A DNA stretch of 64,000 nucleotides, taken from NCBI RefSeq assembly GCF_009914755.1, contig NC_060930.1, one strand, 5' to 3'. A program made the position numbers and the translations under genes. The notes under the pieces were generated by a model that worked only from the letters and a program-made list of their open reading frames with translations, was not told the origin of the DNA and made no database searches. How positions within the stretch are numbered: the first letter of the stretch is position 1; each line of letters opens with the position of its first letter. The DNA is from the human T2T-CHM13v2.0 reference genome, Homo sapiens. Positions 17,240 through 29,148 of the stretch are shown here, one piece after another.

Positions 17240-18005
17240 GTATTTATTCAACAGAAATGTGTTGAGTAGCTCTTCTGAGCCAGGCTTGATGGCAGACAGG
17301 GGTATACTATTGTGAGAATAACATAGCCATGATATTGTCTTCATTTGTTCAGTCTGGGTTGGTGTGAAGGAGACACAGGTATAAAATAAGTACCCTAAAT
17401 AAATACAAATTGTAGCAAGTAGAATGTAGGAAAGAAGATATTGAAGTAAGGAATGATGGAGGTGTAGCAATGAGGGAATTGATTTGAAAGGGAGGGCTTC
17501 TCCAAGGACGTGACATGAACTGACTCAAGAAGCCTGAAAAGACAGTCCTAAGAGGCGTGGAGGGGCAAGCACTTCCAGGCAGGAGAGCAGCATGTGTATG
17601 AAAGGCTCTGGAGCAAGTAAGAGCTCGGTCTGCTTGAAGGACAGAAGGAAAACCAAGCAGTGAGTGGGCAGAAAATGAAGGATGAGAGAATGTAGAGACA
17701 GGTTACACATTATGGTAATGGGTTTAGATCTTACCCTAAGTGAAATGGGAAGCCATGGAATGTTTTTAAGTTGGTGGGTGGGTGGATGATGTGCTTGTGC
17801 AGTGAAATGATTGAACGAGGTCTGAGGGAAAATGGAAGGGAGACCAATGGGAATTTTTTGTGCTAGTCCAGGAAAGAAATGATAATGGCCTGGGTTGGGA
17901 TGGTGGAAGTGAAGAGAGTGGGAAGTGAGCAGATGGGTTTTGGAGATAAAATGAAAAGCACATGGATATAGTGTACAAGGGAAAGGGAGGGATCAAGGAT
18001 GAATA
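17240..18005 (-). mobile_element. L2 LINE 3' segment
   Basis: TATTTATTCAACAGAAATG...GGGAAGCCATGGAATGTTTTTAAG...GTCCAGGAAAGAAATGATAATGGCCTGG is typical antisense L2. Confidence 0.8.
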
Positions 18006-18984
18006 CTTCCTTTAAAAGATTATTGGCCTGATAAATCTTGTTTACATGTGTCATGCATATGAATAACATTTTAATTGGATGGGAACTTCTTGGGATAAAT
18101 ACACTGTAATTAAGGAATCAGTTAATAAATGCCTGCTGTCTACACATCCTGGGCCAGCTGCTATGGAATATACTCATCTGATTAACAGAGATTTGGGTTC
18201 CAAGAAGGAGCCAGAGCAATAGGGTTCTAAGCCCAGCTCTGCCATAACTTATTTCATTGCCAGTTTTTGACTAGCGACATAATTAATGTACAGCTGATAA
18301 CTAATATTGATAACTCCTTTATCTAAATAGTACAATAAAATAATTAAGTTTGAATAAACATCATAGTTATATGATTTGTCCATCCATTGCGTGACCTTGG
18401 GTTTACATTCCTTTTCTATAATCTGAGGGCTTTGGACCAGACAATCTCTCAGCTGTCTCCTAGCTATGACATTCTGTATTTCTGTCACCAGTCTATGGAC
18501 ACAAGACACTCTTGTCACATAAAGTACAGTTAGGGACATTCTAAAATAGATGCCCAATGAACAGGTCATGTGGGGATTTCGTGGAAACTTCTAATAAAGG
18601 AGAGGCTAGTCTGGAGTGGGTTGGTCAAGTCAACATTTGCTTGGGGAAGAGTGAACGGATTAGTTTGGCAGAACTAGAAGTTACAGTCACTTAGGCCGCA
18701 ATGGCAGTTGAGCTTGTCACTATGTGTTCAGATGGGGTTGTGAAGAGTTTTGGGTGCTGTGTTAAGATGTTTCAGACTTTATCCTATGGAGAGATATGTG
18801 CAATAAAATCAGAATTTATGGCTTCACCTTTCTCAATCAATTTAATGTGTACACAGCGTAGTGGGATCTGGGAGTGAGGTGGAGCAGTGCCAAGATCAGT
18901 GGTCCCCATGAGAGTGCTTGTCTTAGAACCCTGGGACTGCCATTTGTTCCCTCTTTACCCTTGAAGTAGGAGCAGTCTTTGGGA

Positions 18985-19190
18985 TATGATCTAGTAGACG
19001 TAGATTTGTAGAATTATCTGGGGTATATCTTATAAGGTCAAATAAGCCTGTCTGGCTCTTCACGTTGCCACTTTCTTGTTCTGAGATTTTGGGCAGACTC
19101 TTTACTGCTCTGCACCTTCGTTTTAGGATATCTTAAATGGGGCCAATAACACCTTCTTTATGAGGTTATTTTGGGAATTAAGTATTCAAC
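18985..19190 (+). mobile_element. MIR (interrupted by a 32-bp insert)
   Basis: GCCACTTTC..GAGATTTTGGGCAGA..TCTTAAATGGGGCCAATAACACC..GAGGTTATTTTGGGAATTAAG follows the MIR core. Confidence 0.6.
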
Positions 19191-20975
19191 TTCTAAAGCT
19201 TTGTGAACACTAAAGTTTGCATGATAAGCATGTGTGCACAGCTCACACTCTGCCCACTGACTAATGTCAACAGTGTTATCTGAGGCTGTCTTTCAGCAGA
19301 CATCGTTCCATTTCACCGAGCCTTACAGGCTTACAATACAAACTTGAACAGTCAGGATGTTTCACTGCAAATCTTTACAGAAGTGCTCTTCGACTGATAG
19401 TCATTGTGGAGGAAAAGAAACAAATGCTGAACTAGGAGGCAACTTGGGGTTTTAATATGTTCCTTAAGTTTGCATCCTCCCACCTTCCCTGGATGAAAAC
19501 CACTGGTGATGTGATTTAATTCTTTTGGCTGGTGAGTTGCGTTGCATCGGTGGGCTGGGGAAGCAAGACGGTTGAAAGCCACTGCTGTGGAGAATAAATA
19601 GTGGTGTCCTAGAAACTTCCCCAGCAAGATTCAGAAGGTAACCTAAGACCCATGGCTTCATGGTGGTTTTCTACTATTTTGGAAACAGTGAGCTCATCGC
19701 TTAGAGTCACTGTGGATTAAGAAATACTCAGATGGCCTAGGTTACAACTATCAAAAGTCAAATAGATTGTTTTAGTTGAGGGACTGGGATAGGTCTTGGC
19801 CCCTGCCTTTGAATTCTTCCATCTACTGTTTCATTCTAACTCTTTGAGCTACTGCACTCAAGTCTTAGCCTCTGGTCTTTCATCATGGTTTTGGTCAGAT
19901 ACAGTGACAGTTTGTAGTGATTACAGATTTATTTTTAAAAGACAACCTATTGACCTTTTTATGAATAGCAGCTTTAAAAAGAAGACTAGAAAAAGTCTCT
20001 AATCCAAGCATATATGCTTGGTCTTAGGTTTAAATTTGGAAGTGATGCAATGAGTAAGGCTGACTCTATTCTCCATGTGTTTTTAGTTATTATCTTGTTT
20101 AGTACAGTGTAATTTATATAAACTTAATCAAATTTATTATCTTTGTCAAAAAGGCAAATGCTTGGAATATTAAGATGTTTTTTTAAAGATGAAGAACATA
20201 ATTAATTTTTTTCAAACTCGTCTAAAAATGCTTAGCGGTCAGTTCTGCCATCTAGATTTATTTAAACATATGTAAATTTGGCATTTTGAACAGCAATTAA
20301 TAAAGTTGCTGTAATTTGAATCTTGGATTTTCTCTCTTCCTCTCTGGCTTTTTGAAAAGGTACTAGCATTTAAATTACTATTCCAGTTTTCAAAGATTTT
20401 GGTTAGTGCTTTCTGGGACAAGAAAATAAGTTGTATAGAAACAGTTTCACTACGGATTTTTAAAGGTACATGAGTTCATTAAAAATAGCATTTACTTGCA
20501 CTGCTTTGAAAGTGTAAATGTGTTAGTCTAACCATTATGGAAATCAGTCTTTTTCTAATCGGAAATGAAATTTTGATTTTTAATTAGTCAACTCTAACTT
20601 TTTTTTCTCTTAGTGCTCCTTGAACTTCTATATTCATTCCTTTTTTTTTTGTATTTGTTTTTCCTGCAGCATTTATTTATAGCACAGCAAATAAGTTCTA
20701 CTCCTTGAGCAATCATTGAACAACTACCTAACTCAGTGATTTTGGACAAGTCTCTATGAATATTTTTGGGTCTTATTTTCCTCATCTTTAAAATAAAGGC
20801 ATTAGAACCCACAATGCCTAAGGTTGCGCCTAGCCTTGAAATTGTTATTCAAAGCTCTTTCTCCTTTAAACACACATTTACCCTTTTTGGTGTATTTGTC
20901 TATTAAATATCCTGTTTATTTATTTAGACATTTTATCTCATCTGTTTTCTAAGCTCTGTGGCAGTAAATGCCTGA

Positions 20976-21291
<316 letters not shown>

Positions 21292-21554
21292 TGATATTTT
21301 AAAATTTATTTTTGAATTGCTGTTAACACTTAGAAGAGAATCTCACATAAGCAAAAGCTTGATAAATATTTGTAAAATAAATAAATTTTCTCTCAAAGCA
21401 GCTCATGTCAATATAAAAATTATAAAACTACTTAAGCTTTCACTTTTGTTGTACAGTAAGTTTTTAAAAATGAAATATCTGAATTTAGTAACTTTTTAGA
21501 TCCATACATTAATGTAACAAGATATACTTTAAAAAAGTTAATGAAAATAAAAAT

Positions 21555-21960
21555 GTGTGGATGTCATCATTTATGCTCACCAAGATTGTAGAATTCTCTC
21601 CTTTGGGCATAAGCTCCATTGACTATGTTGAGGTTAGGTATGGCTGTGTGACATGTTTTAATAATGAAGTGCCACTCTTGGGTGGACATATCAAAGATCT
21701 GGTGTGTGATTCTATACACTCTTTTCCCCAGCCATGGTGAGCTTGAAATCTAAGTTGAGATGAAGTCATAAAATGGTAGGGCCTTTTTCAGTGTGCATCC
21801 TTGGTGACAAAATTAGCAGAGTTCTTCCCCTGCCCTCCGCTTAACAGGATCCCTATAGATACAGTTAGACAGGTAGCACAAGACAGAAATGTCTTTGTTC
21901 TTTTTTAAGTTACTGATTTGTTTTTGTTACCATAGCACAACATAAATCTATTCTAGCCAT
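21555..21960 (+). mobile_element. Old MaLR LTR (MLT1I/J-like)
   Basis: GGTTAGGTATGGCTGTGTGACATG...TTTAAGTTACTGA...TTGTTACCATAGCACAAC is an MLT1-type 3' end. Confidence 0.6.
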
Positions 21961-22539
21961 TTTGAATTGTAAATCTAATGAAAATAATTTTATACTTCAT
22001 TAAAGTTGTAACAAAGATATTCTGTAAATTGAAATGTTTCCTATTTTATTATGAACCTCCAATATGCTTTTTGGAAAGCTTAAGGCAAACACTTGATTAA
22101 AATTTAGCTCAACTTTCACATACTATTTTCACAGAGTGAAAAGTAATATGGCTTTTGATCCAGCCATAAAGTAAATTATTAAAGAAACATTTTTAGAAGT
22201 GTGTTGTAATAGAGATAATGGAAAATCTCTGGTGGTGTGAATGCTTGTTGGATATGTTTTGATTCAAACTCTGTTTTCCCAGGTAACAAGCAGGCTCAGC
22301 CACTTCCAAATTTCATTATCATATTTATTTATCACCAGTTGTTTTCAAGTCAATTAATTTTTAAAATAGAAAATAGGTTTTAGCATGTAAAAGAAAACTG
22401 CATTTGAACTTTCTTTAGTTTTAATTTCAGATTTTTAACATTTCTTCCAAAGACATATCATAGAGACTAAAAACCTTAAGAAAAACTGTCTAAAATCTTT
22501 TTGCATGCCAACTTCTGCTTCATGTAGAAACACTATAAG

Positions 22540-22770
22540 ACACAAGGTTACCAGTACAGACTCCAGACCTGATTGTCTGGGTTCAAACCCCAACTTTACC
22601 AACAACAAACTTTATGATCTTAGTCAAGTTACTTATTCTCTTTGTGCCTTACTTTTCTCATCTGATAAATGGGGATGCTAATCCTAAATTATAGCCCTTA
22701 TATGAATATTATCATGTGTAAAATACTTAATAGTATCTGCCATGTAGTGACACTTAGTAACTGTTGCCCA
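22540..22770 (+). mobile_element. MIR
   Basis: GTCTGGGTTCAAACCCC...GTCAAGTTACTTATTCTCTTTGTGCCTTACTTTTCTCATCTG. Confidence 0.8.
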
Positions 22771-25700
22771 CTCCTGGTGTACATCCAAAGAGATTTCCTT
22801 TTATATGTAAAACTGTTTCTTTTAGGAGGATTCTGTTATTATTGGAGAAGTTCATCAACAATCTTTTCTTAATTTTATTGTATGCTATTTGGCTTCTTTT
22901 TTAGAATAGTGTTTGTTCTTCCACCCTTTTTTCCTTTGTCACATTTTCCTTTGTCATGCTTGTACTTAATCATGCATGCATGTTGTAGATCATATTTTCA
23001 ATTTATTCTAATTGATATCCAGTGGCCTATGAGGTTAGTTACCTCTAAACTACTATTACTATGACTAATTCCCTTAATAATACTACTCATCCATAATACT
23101 GAAACATATTTCTAAAATCGTAAAATTTATTTCCAATCTAAAGTATGTAGCATAGATGAAACATTAGTCAAGATAAAAAGCTAGGTCAACAAACATTTAT
23201 TAATGTGCTCAACACAAGGTGAATGCTGTTGGTAATAAAATAGATATAAAGACAGGGCTCGTGCCCACCAAGAATGTACAATGTAGTTGTAGAATTGTGA
23301 ATTATAAACATGAAACAAACAGAGACTCATACTAATAGGTTAGCAAGCCATACTCATTCTTACATAAGTGATACAGAAATGTTAAAGGGAAGCACTGTGG
23401 TAGACTGAAGAATTCTTGAAAGATTTAAGAAGCTGCAACATAGACATTCCAGACAATCTATTCAAATTTAGCTTAACTCATCACACTGCTTCTATAGCAT
23501 GAAGAAGCTATAGAAACTTAAGGTACACCTGCATGGCACAGCATGGATTTGTAATTCTTTAGGGGTCTTCAGTGTTGGTATATATAGAACTGAAAGGAAT
23601 TGGCGGAACAAACGGGACATTGTTTGGCAGTGCTAATATCCTGAGGGAATGGATTGCAGAGTAGAGGAAATTGGGGAGTCAGGTCTGAGTAGAGGGGCAA
23701 GATCCCATTAGAGAACTTGTCAGGGGTTGGATAGTCACTATGGGGTTGGGATTGAAGACTCTGACATTCAGACGTAAGTTCTTGGGTGAGCATATCGTGG
23801 GATTAGCTGATCTTTAGCTTTTGAAATCTGTGCAGTTTTTCAGGGTGTTATCTGTGGCTCCTGGATGACAAAAGGAAAAGTTTCCATTCTGAATCATATT
23901 GATATTATGATTTGAAGTATAGTAATTGTGCTTACGTCCCTAAAATGACATGCTCATGTAGAAATATCAGGGCCCATTTACATATGCTTAAAAAAGATGT
24001 ATTAATATTTGAGAAATAAATAACTATAGTTTTCTATTAGTAACTGTTGAATTTTGGCTCCTTCTTGGTTGGTGGCTGCTGTGGGCAACAGCAAGGCAAG
24101 AGGACTTGGGTTTTGAAAACATTAATCTGACGATGTTTGCAATAAGCAGTACAAGTGGGAGAGGGAGGAGTGTCAAGAAGAGGTATCCAGGTAGGTGATG
24201 AGGAAAGGAAGGGGTGGGGCAGTGGGGCAGCTGTGTCATCGAGTAGGTGTGGCAAATCAAAGACACTTGCAATGGGGAATCTGCAAAGCTGTTTTGTCAA
24301 ACATCCCTATTCGTCTGCTTATTTTGCAGGAAAAAAACCCTCTTTACTCCCCTTAAGATAAGATTTGAAAAGGAGAGTGGCAATTGCATAAGATATATGA
24401 CAAGCTTAACTGGAGAAAGAAAAAGACAGAAAGCAAAAGGAGAATAAGAAAAAGTAAAAGACAACGAACTTAACCTTCCCTGTTCTTCGAGTGGGAAGTC
24501 TCCTAGAGAGAAGGTGTCCATCTGAGCAAGAGGCAGCTTAAGAGCCAGCCCTGGGATGACTCCCACCACCTTCTCTGACTCTCCCACATCCCAATTGTGC
24601 AAAATTCATTAGACTTTTTAAAAGAGGATCTCTATAGAGTCACTATGCAGCAAATTGTGAGTGGTTGCGAAATTTCTTCTCTGAACCTGGGGAAGGATCA
24701 ACATAAAGAAGAAGATTTTGGAAAATAATTCACAAAATAAAAATGACTTTGCACATTGTTAAGACATTTATAAGACAGCCCCTTTTTAAAAGTTCTTGCC
24801 ATCTAAAAGGAGTAACTCACATATAATTTGATGATCAGGATGATAGTCATACATACATTTATCCATTCAAATATCTCAAAGAAAGTCACCAGCTGATAGT
24901 TTCTCCTGATCTTTATTTCCCACTAACCTCACAGTAGTATTTGTACATGTAACAAACGAGAAAAAGCTGCCTTCTTTCTTAGTTTGCTACATACCTTGGC
25001 CTTTGGCATGTAGGCAAATGGCAAATTTCAAGGCTGAGTTAGCCCCATCAGTATGGGTTCTGATTTTTGCCACACTCTACATGAGAAAGTGCTAAGTGGA
25101 GGGAGGTTGATGGGAAGCTGGGTGATTTGTAACTTTTTAAATAGGCTCATTAAGCACAACATCAACTCAGGTCTGCACACTTTGTTCCCGTGTGGCATGG
25201 CTGCTAATTATTCCCGGCTGACTGCATCAGTTATAAGAGCAGTACAGCAAGGCAAAAGTTGGGAAGTTCTTAGAAAAATCTACTGATGAATATCAATTCA
25301 TACCTGTTTACAGTTCACAGTCAACTTTCTTGTTAGCCAATTCTAAGCTTGGAACATTACATTCGTGGATCAAAACAGGTGTCAATGGAGAAGTGTCCTC
25401 AGGTGATAGGGCATTGCACTCCAGGGAATGAGGTCAGATACAGTTTGATTATAATCAAGGAGGGTCCCAAAATAATAAATTCTACTTTGTGGTATATTCA
25501 GTTTAGTTCGCTTTTCCCCTTCAGGCAGTGTTTACTCAGGAATTACTTCACTTTCTTTTCGAATATAGTTTCCTCACTGGCTACTTCCTTAGGACAATGA
25601 TAGCTAGGGTTTGAGCTAAAAGAAAATCATCTTCTCCATTTGTAGACATAGGGAGAGGAAATCTTTATGGTGAAGTTATTTATCCAATCAGTATTCCTTG

Positions 25701-25774
25701 ACACTTCCCCGAATTGGTGCTTAAAATGAATGAATGAATGAGAAAAATCTTACTTGAGTTGATTGAGTTAGTTA

Positions 25775-25990
25775 GTGCTAACAATGATAAGATTGCCGTT
25801 TATTTAGCCTACACCTTATACTGGGCACTGTGGTAGAATTTATCATGCGTGCTCTCTTAATCCCTACAATGACCCTTTTCAGTAGGCATTATTATTATTA
25901 TATCTCAGTTTACAGATAAAGACATGAAAGATTATAGAGGTCATATAGGTATTAAATGGTGGTGATGGGATTAGAACTCTTGTCCTGCTG
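25775..25990 (-). mobile_element. MIR
   Basis: TTAATCCCTACAATGACC..AGTAGGCATTATTATT..CAGTTTACAGATAAAGA..GGGATTAGAAC. Confidence 0.7.
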
Positions 25991-26730
25991 AGGCCAAACA
26001 TGAACTTCTTCTGTAGAATGATGTCAGTTTGAAAAAAGAACTCTTCCAACAAGTAGCCTATTGGAGAAGAGATTTCTCCAGGGCTTAAAACTGTCCCTTT
26101 CAGTCAAATCTAGCCCAGCTCTGAAAAGTCTAGAATTTAGACATAGCAGGAAAAAGTAATTGAGAGAAAAAAGTGGCTTGTTGGTTTACCCCAGAGGATG
26201 GGAGGTATCAATGTCCCGCCCCACCTTCAGAGGGCAGCTCTGTGTGACCTAGGTTAGCCTTGTATCTGAGGAACTTAAATTAAAAGGCTTTTGTTTTTTA
26301 AAGTCTGAGCTCAGTGAAGGAGTTGGATTAATAGGGAGGTAACTCCTAGGATTGAAGGAGCAGAAAATTTGCCCAATTCTAGAAAAGTTGGAATGTGCAT
26401 TATTTGTGTGTGTTCGGCAAGTAGAGGAAGGGGGAGGAGAAGAGTGAGGAGTGGGAAACCTCTGCTCTGATTTGCTGCGGCCCCCTGGAGGGGCAGGACT
26501 GTGAGCATCTCAGTGGCCGTCATGATGAACTGAAATCCAGGGTCCCTTCTGCAATTTTCCAGCACTGTACCACTCCAGCTGTGAGTGTACGCCAACATGA
26601 CTGAGACTGGGTTTTCTGCCCCATGTTTTCGATTTGATTGTTAATCTAGATTTAATTTGATTTAGAAAAATAAATGGGATATTTTTTACATCTAATGTAT
26701 CAGAACACAACCGTACCTATAACTCTAAAG

Positions 26731-27386
26731 GGCGCATTCTCAACAGGGTGATATCCCCCAAGGGGATATAAATTAGTTCTTAGTGGGTGAAAGAAGTCTT
26801 TCTTTTTTTATGCATGAAGAACAGGTATAGATATACAGTTGACCCTGGAACAACTTGAATTTTAGGGGTGGTGACCTCCCGCATAGCGAAAAATCTGAGT
26901 ATAATTTTTGAGTCCCCCACAGCTTTACTACTAATAGCCTACTATTGACTGGAAGCCTTACTCATACCATAAACAGTCTATTAACATATACTTTTAAATG
27001 TTACATGTAATTACAGATTGTATTCTTACAATAAAGTAAGCTAGAAAAAAGAAAATGTTATTAAGAAAATCATAAGGAAAATATACATACTATTCATTAA
27101 GTAAAAATGGATCATTATAACAGTCTTTATGTTGAAGGCTGAGGAGGAGGAGGAGGAAGAAGAGGAGGGGCCTGGTGTTCTTGTGTCAGGGGTGGCAGAG
27201 ACAGAAGAAAATCTGCAATTAAGTGGACCCACACAGTTCAAACTAGCATTGTTCAAGGATCAACTGTAGCACAGAAACAGCTATGCCATGTATTTGTGGT
27301 ATAAAACAGGGGAGAAGAGATTAGGAAAAAAATGTTTTAAAAGCCTCCTTAGAGATGTGATAATAAAAAACGGTTAAGAAATATTG
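26731..27386 (-). mobile_element. hAT-Charlie MITE (MER112-like) split by Tigger2a
   Basis: Ends GCATTCTCAAC... and ...GGTTAAGAAATATTG; perfect 8-bp TSD CTCTAAAG at 26723-26730 and 27387-27394. Confidence 0.8.
26836..27266. mobile_element. Tigger2a-like TcMar DNA transposon
   Basis: TIRs CAGTTGACCCTGGAACAA / TTGTTCAAGGATCAACTG, TA TSD on both sides, 431 bp, internal GAG-rich tract. Confidence 0.9.
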
Positions 27387-27879
27387 CTCTAAAGTTTCAG
27401 ATTCTTGGAGAAATAGTCAAAGTTACAAAGATCAGAGAGGAAGCTATCAAGCATGATTTAGGAATGAAAATAGATGTGCAACGATTGCAGGAACAGAAGG
27501 AAATGGGGAAAAGGACAAATACACAAGCATCATAAGAGAATTTTTTTCTGTTCAGACAGGCAAAAATTCACATAAATAAAACAATTAAGTTAGGTTTATT
27601 CCTGTAACTAGAAGATATTATTACAAGCTCTTTAAAATGCCCCAGCAAATGTCAGGAAACAGAAGTTCCCCAATTACTCTCTCACATGCTTATTGTCAGG
27701 CATGAAATCTTCTAAGCATCTTTAGGTGTCTCTTCTTCCTCATAGTCATATTTAGTACAGTCCTATGCTCTGTTTGCTCCCTCTGTAAGTAATTACTGTC
27801 AGAATCTCTAGAAAGTAACTAGGTAAGGATGAAATCTTTTTGGTCTTTTTGGCCCAGGCTTGACTGAAGTTCTCTAGAG

Positions 27880-28056
27880 CAATGATTCTCACATTTCACC
27901 TGCATCAGAATCACCTAGAGGCCTTCCTAAAGCTCAGGTTGCTGGCTGGGCCCTGTCCCCCAGAATTTCTGATTCAGGAGGCTTTCAAGGAGGCCCAATA
28001 ATGTGCACTTCTAATGCTGATGGTGCTGGTTGGGATCCACAATTTGAGAACCACTG
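27880..28056. mobile_element. MER5A (a further MER5-like relic follows to ~28240)
   Basis: CAATGATTCTCA..GCATCAGAATCACCTAGAGG...TTTGAGAACCACTG. Confidence 0.85.
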
Positions 28057-28819
28057 TCCTGTATCAATGAATTGCCTATCTGGTGGGTCATCAGAATCAC
28101 TGGCAGCTCTAAAAAATTGTATTCTTGGGCTAACCTCTTGAGAATCTGAGGTCAGTGGGTCTAGAGAGACATTCAGATTTGGTACATTTTCATAGTCCTC
28201 TAGATAATTCTAATAACCATTTGAGTGTGAGAATCCCTCTTTCATGTGGCTCTTTCATCAAAACTATCCTCTGGCACTGGGGACTGATTGCCGTTTGGTT
28301 TTTCATTTGTAAAATTACTTTCCTTGGCAATGGATTGCTCCCAGTAGGTGATGCAATTTTGTAGTTTTATTTATTAGCATCCTTCTTCTTATAAAGTGGA
28401 TGTTGATTGCATTCTCCAGATCTCAAGGAAAAGAGCATATTTCTCTCTTTGGGGGTTGGCTTATGAAATTGTACTGTCCAGAGACGGAATATTAATTAGA
28501 CTGTTTATGAGGTAAAATATAAAAGGCAAAACCTGGATTCTGGGTTCAGCTATTCAAATGGATCAAACAATGGGCCTCAGAGAAATGTGTAATGGTTTAC
28601 TTATCATTTTGGACTTGTTTTCGTACAAATTTTGTCTTTGAGTTGGGACAGGAGAATTCAAAGCACTGGCAAATTCTATTAGGAAATTGGTTGACAATGA
28701 ATGGAATGACAATATTGTGTTTGAAGAAAGTATAACTTTTTAAATCTAATGTGATTTTCTTGAACTTATTTTGAAAGTGACTTCCAAGACTAGATTAGGT
28801 GATTAAAGATGAGATCTCA

Positions 28820-29148
<329 letters not shown>

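Noticed and set aside
22270-22290. Polypyrimidine-CAG|GTAACA resembling a recursive splice site
   Set aside because: The reconstituted donor is weak (not GTRAG), and no host gene or strand is established.
23491-23516. Isolated 8-9 bp inverted repeats (also ~46017-46038 and ~46551-46571)
   Set aside because: Expected by chance in 64 kb of AT-rich DNA.
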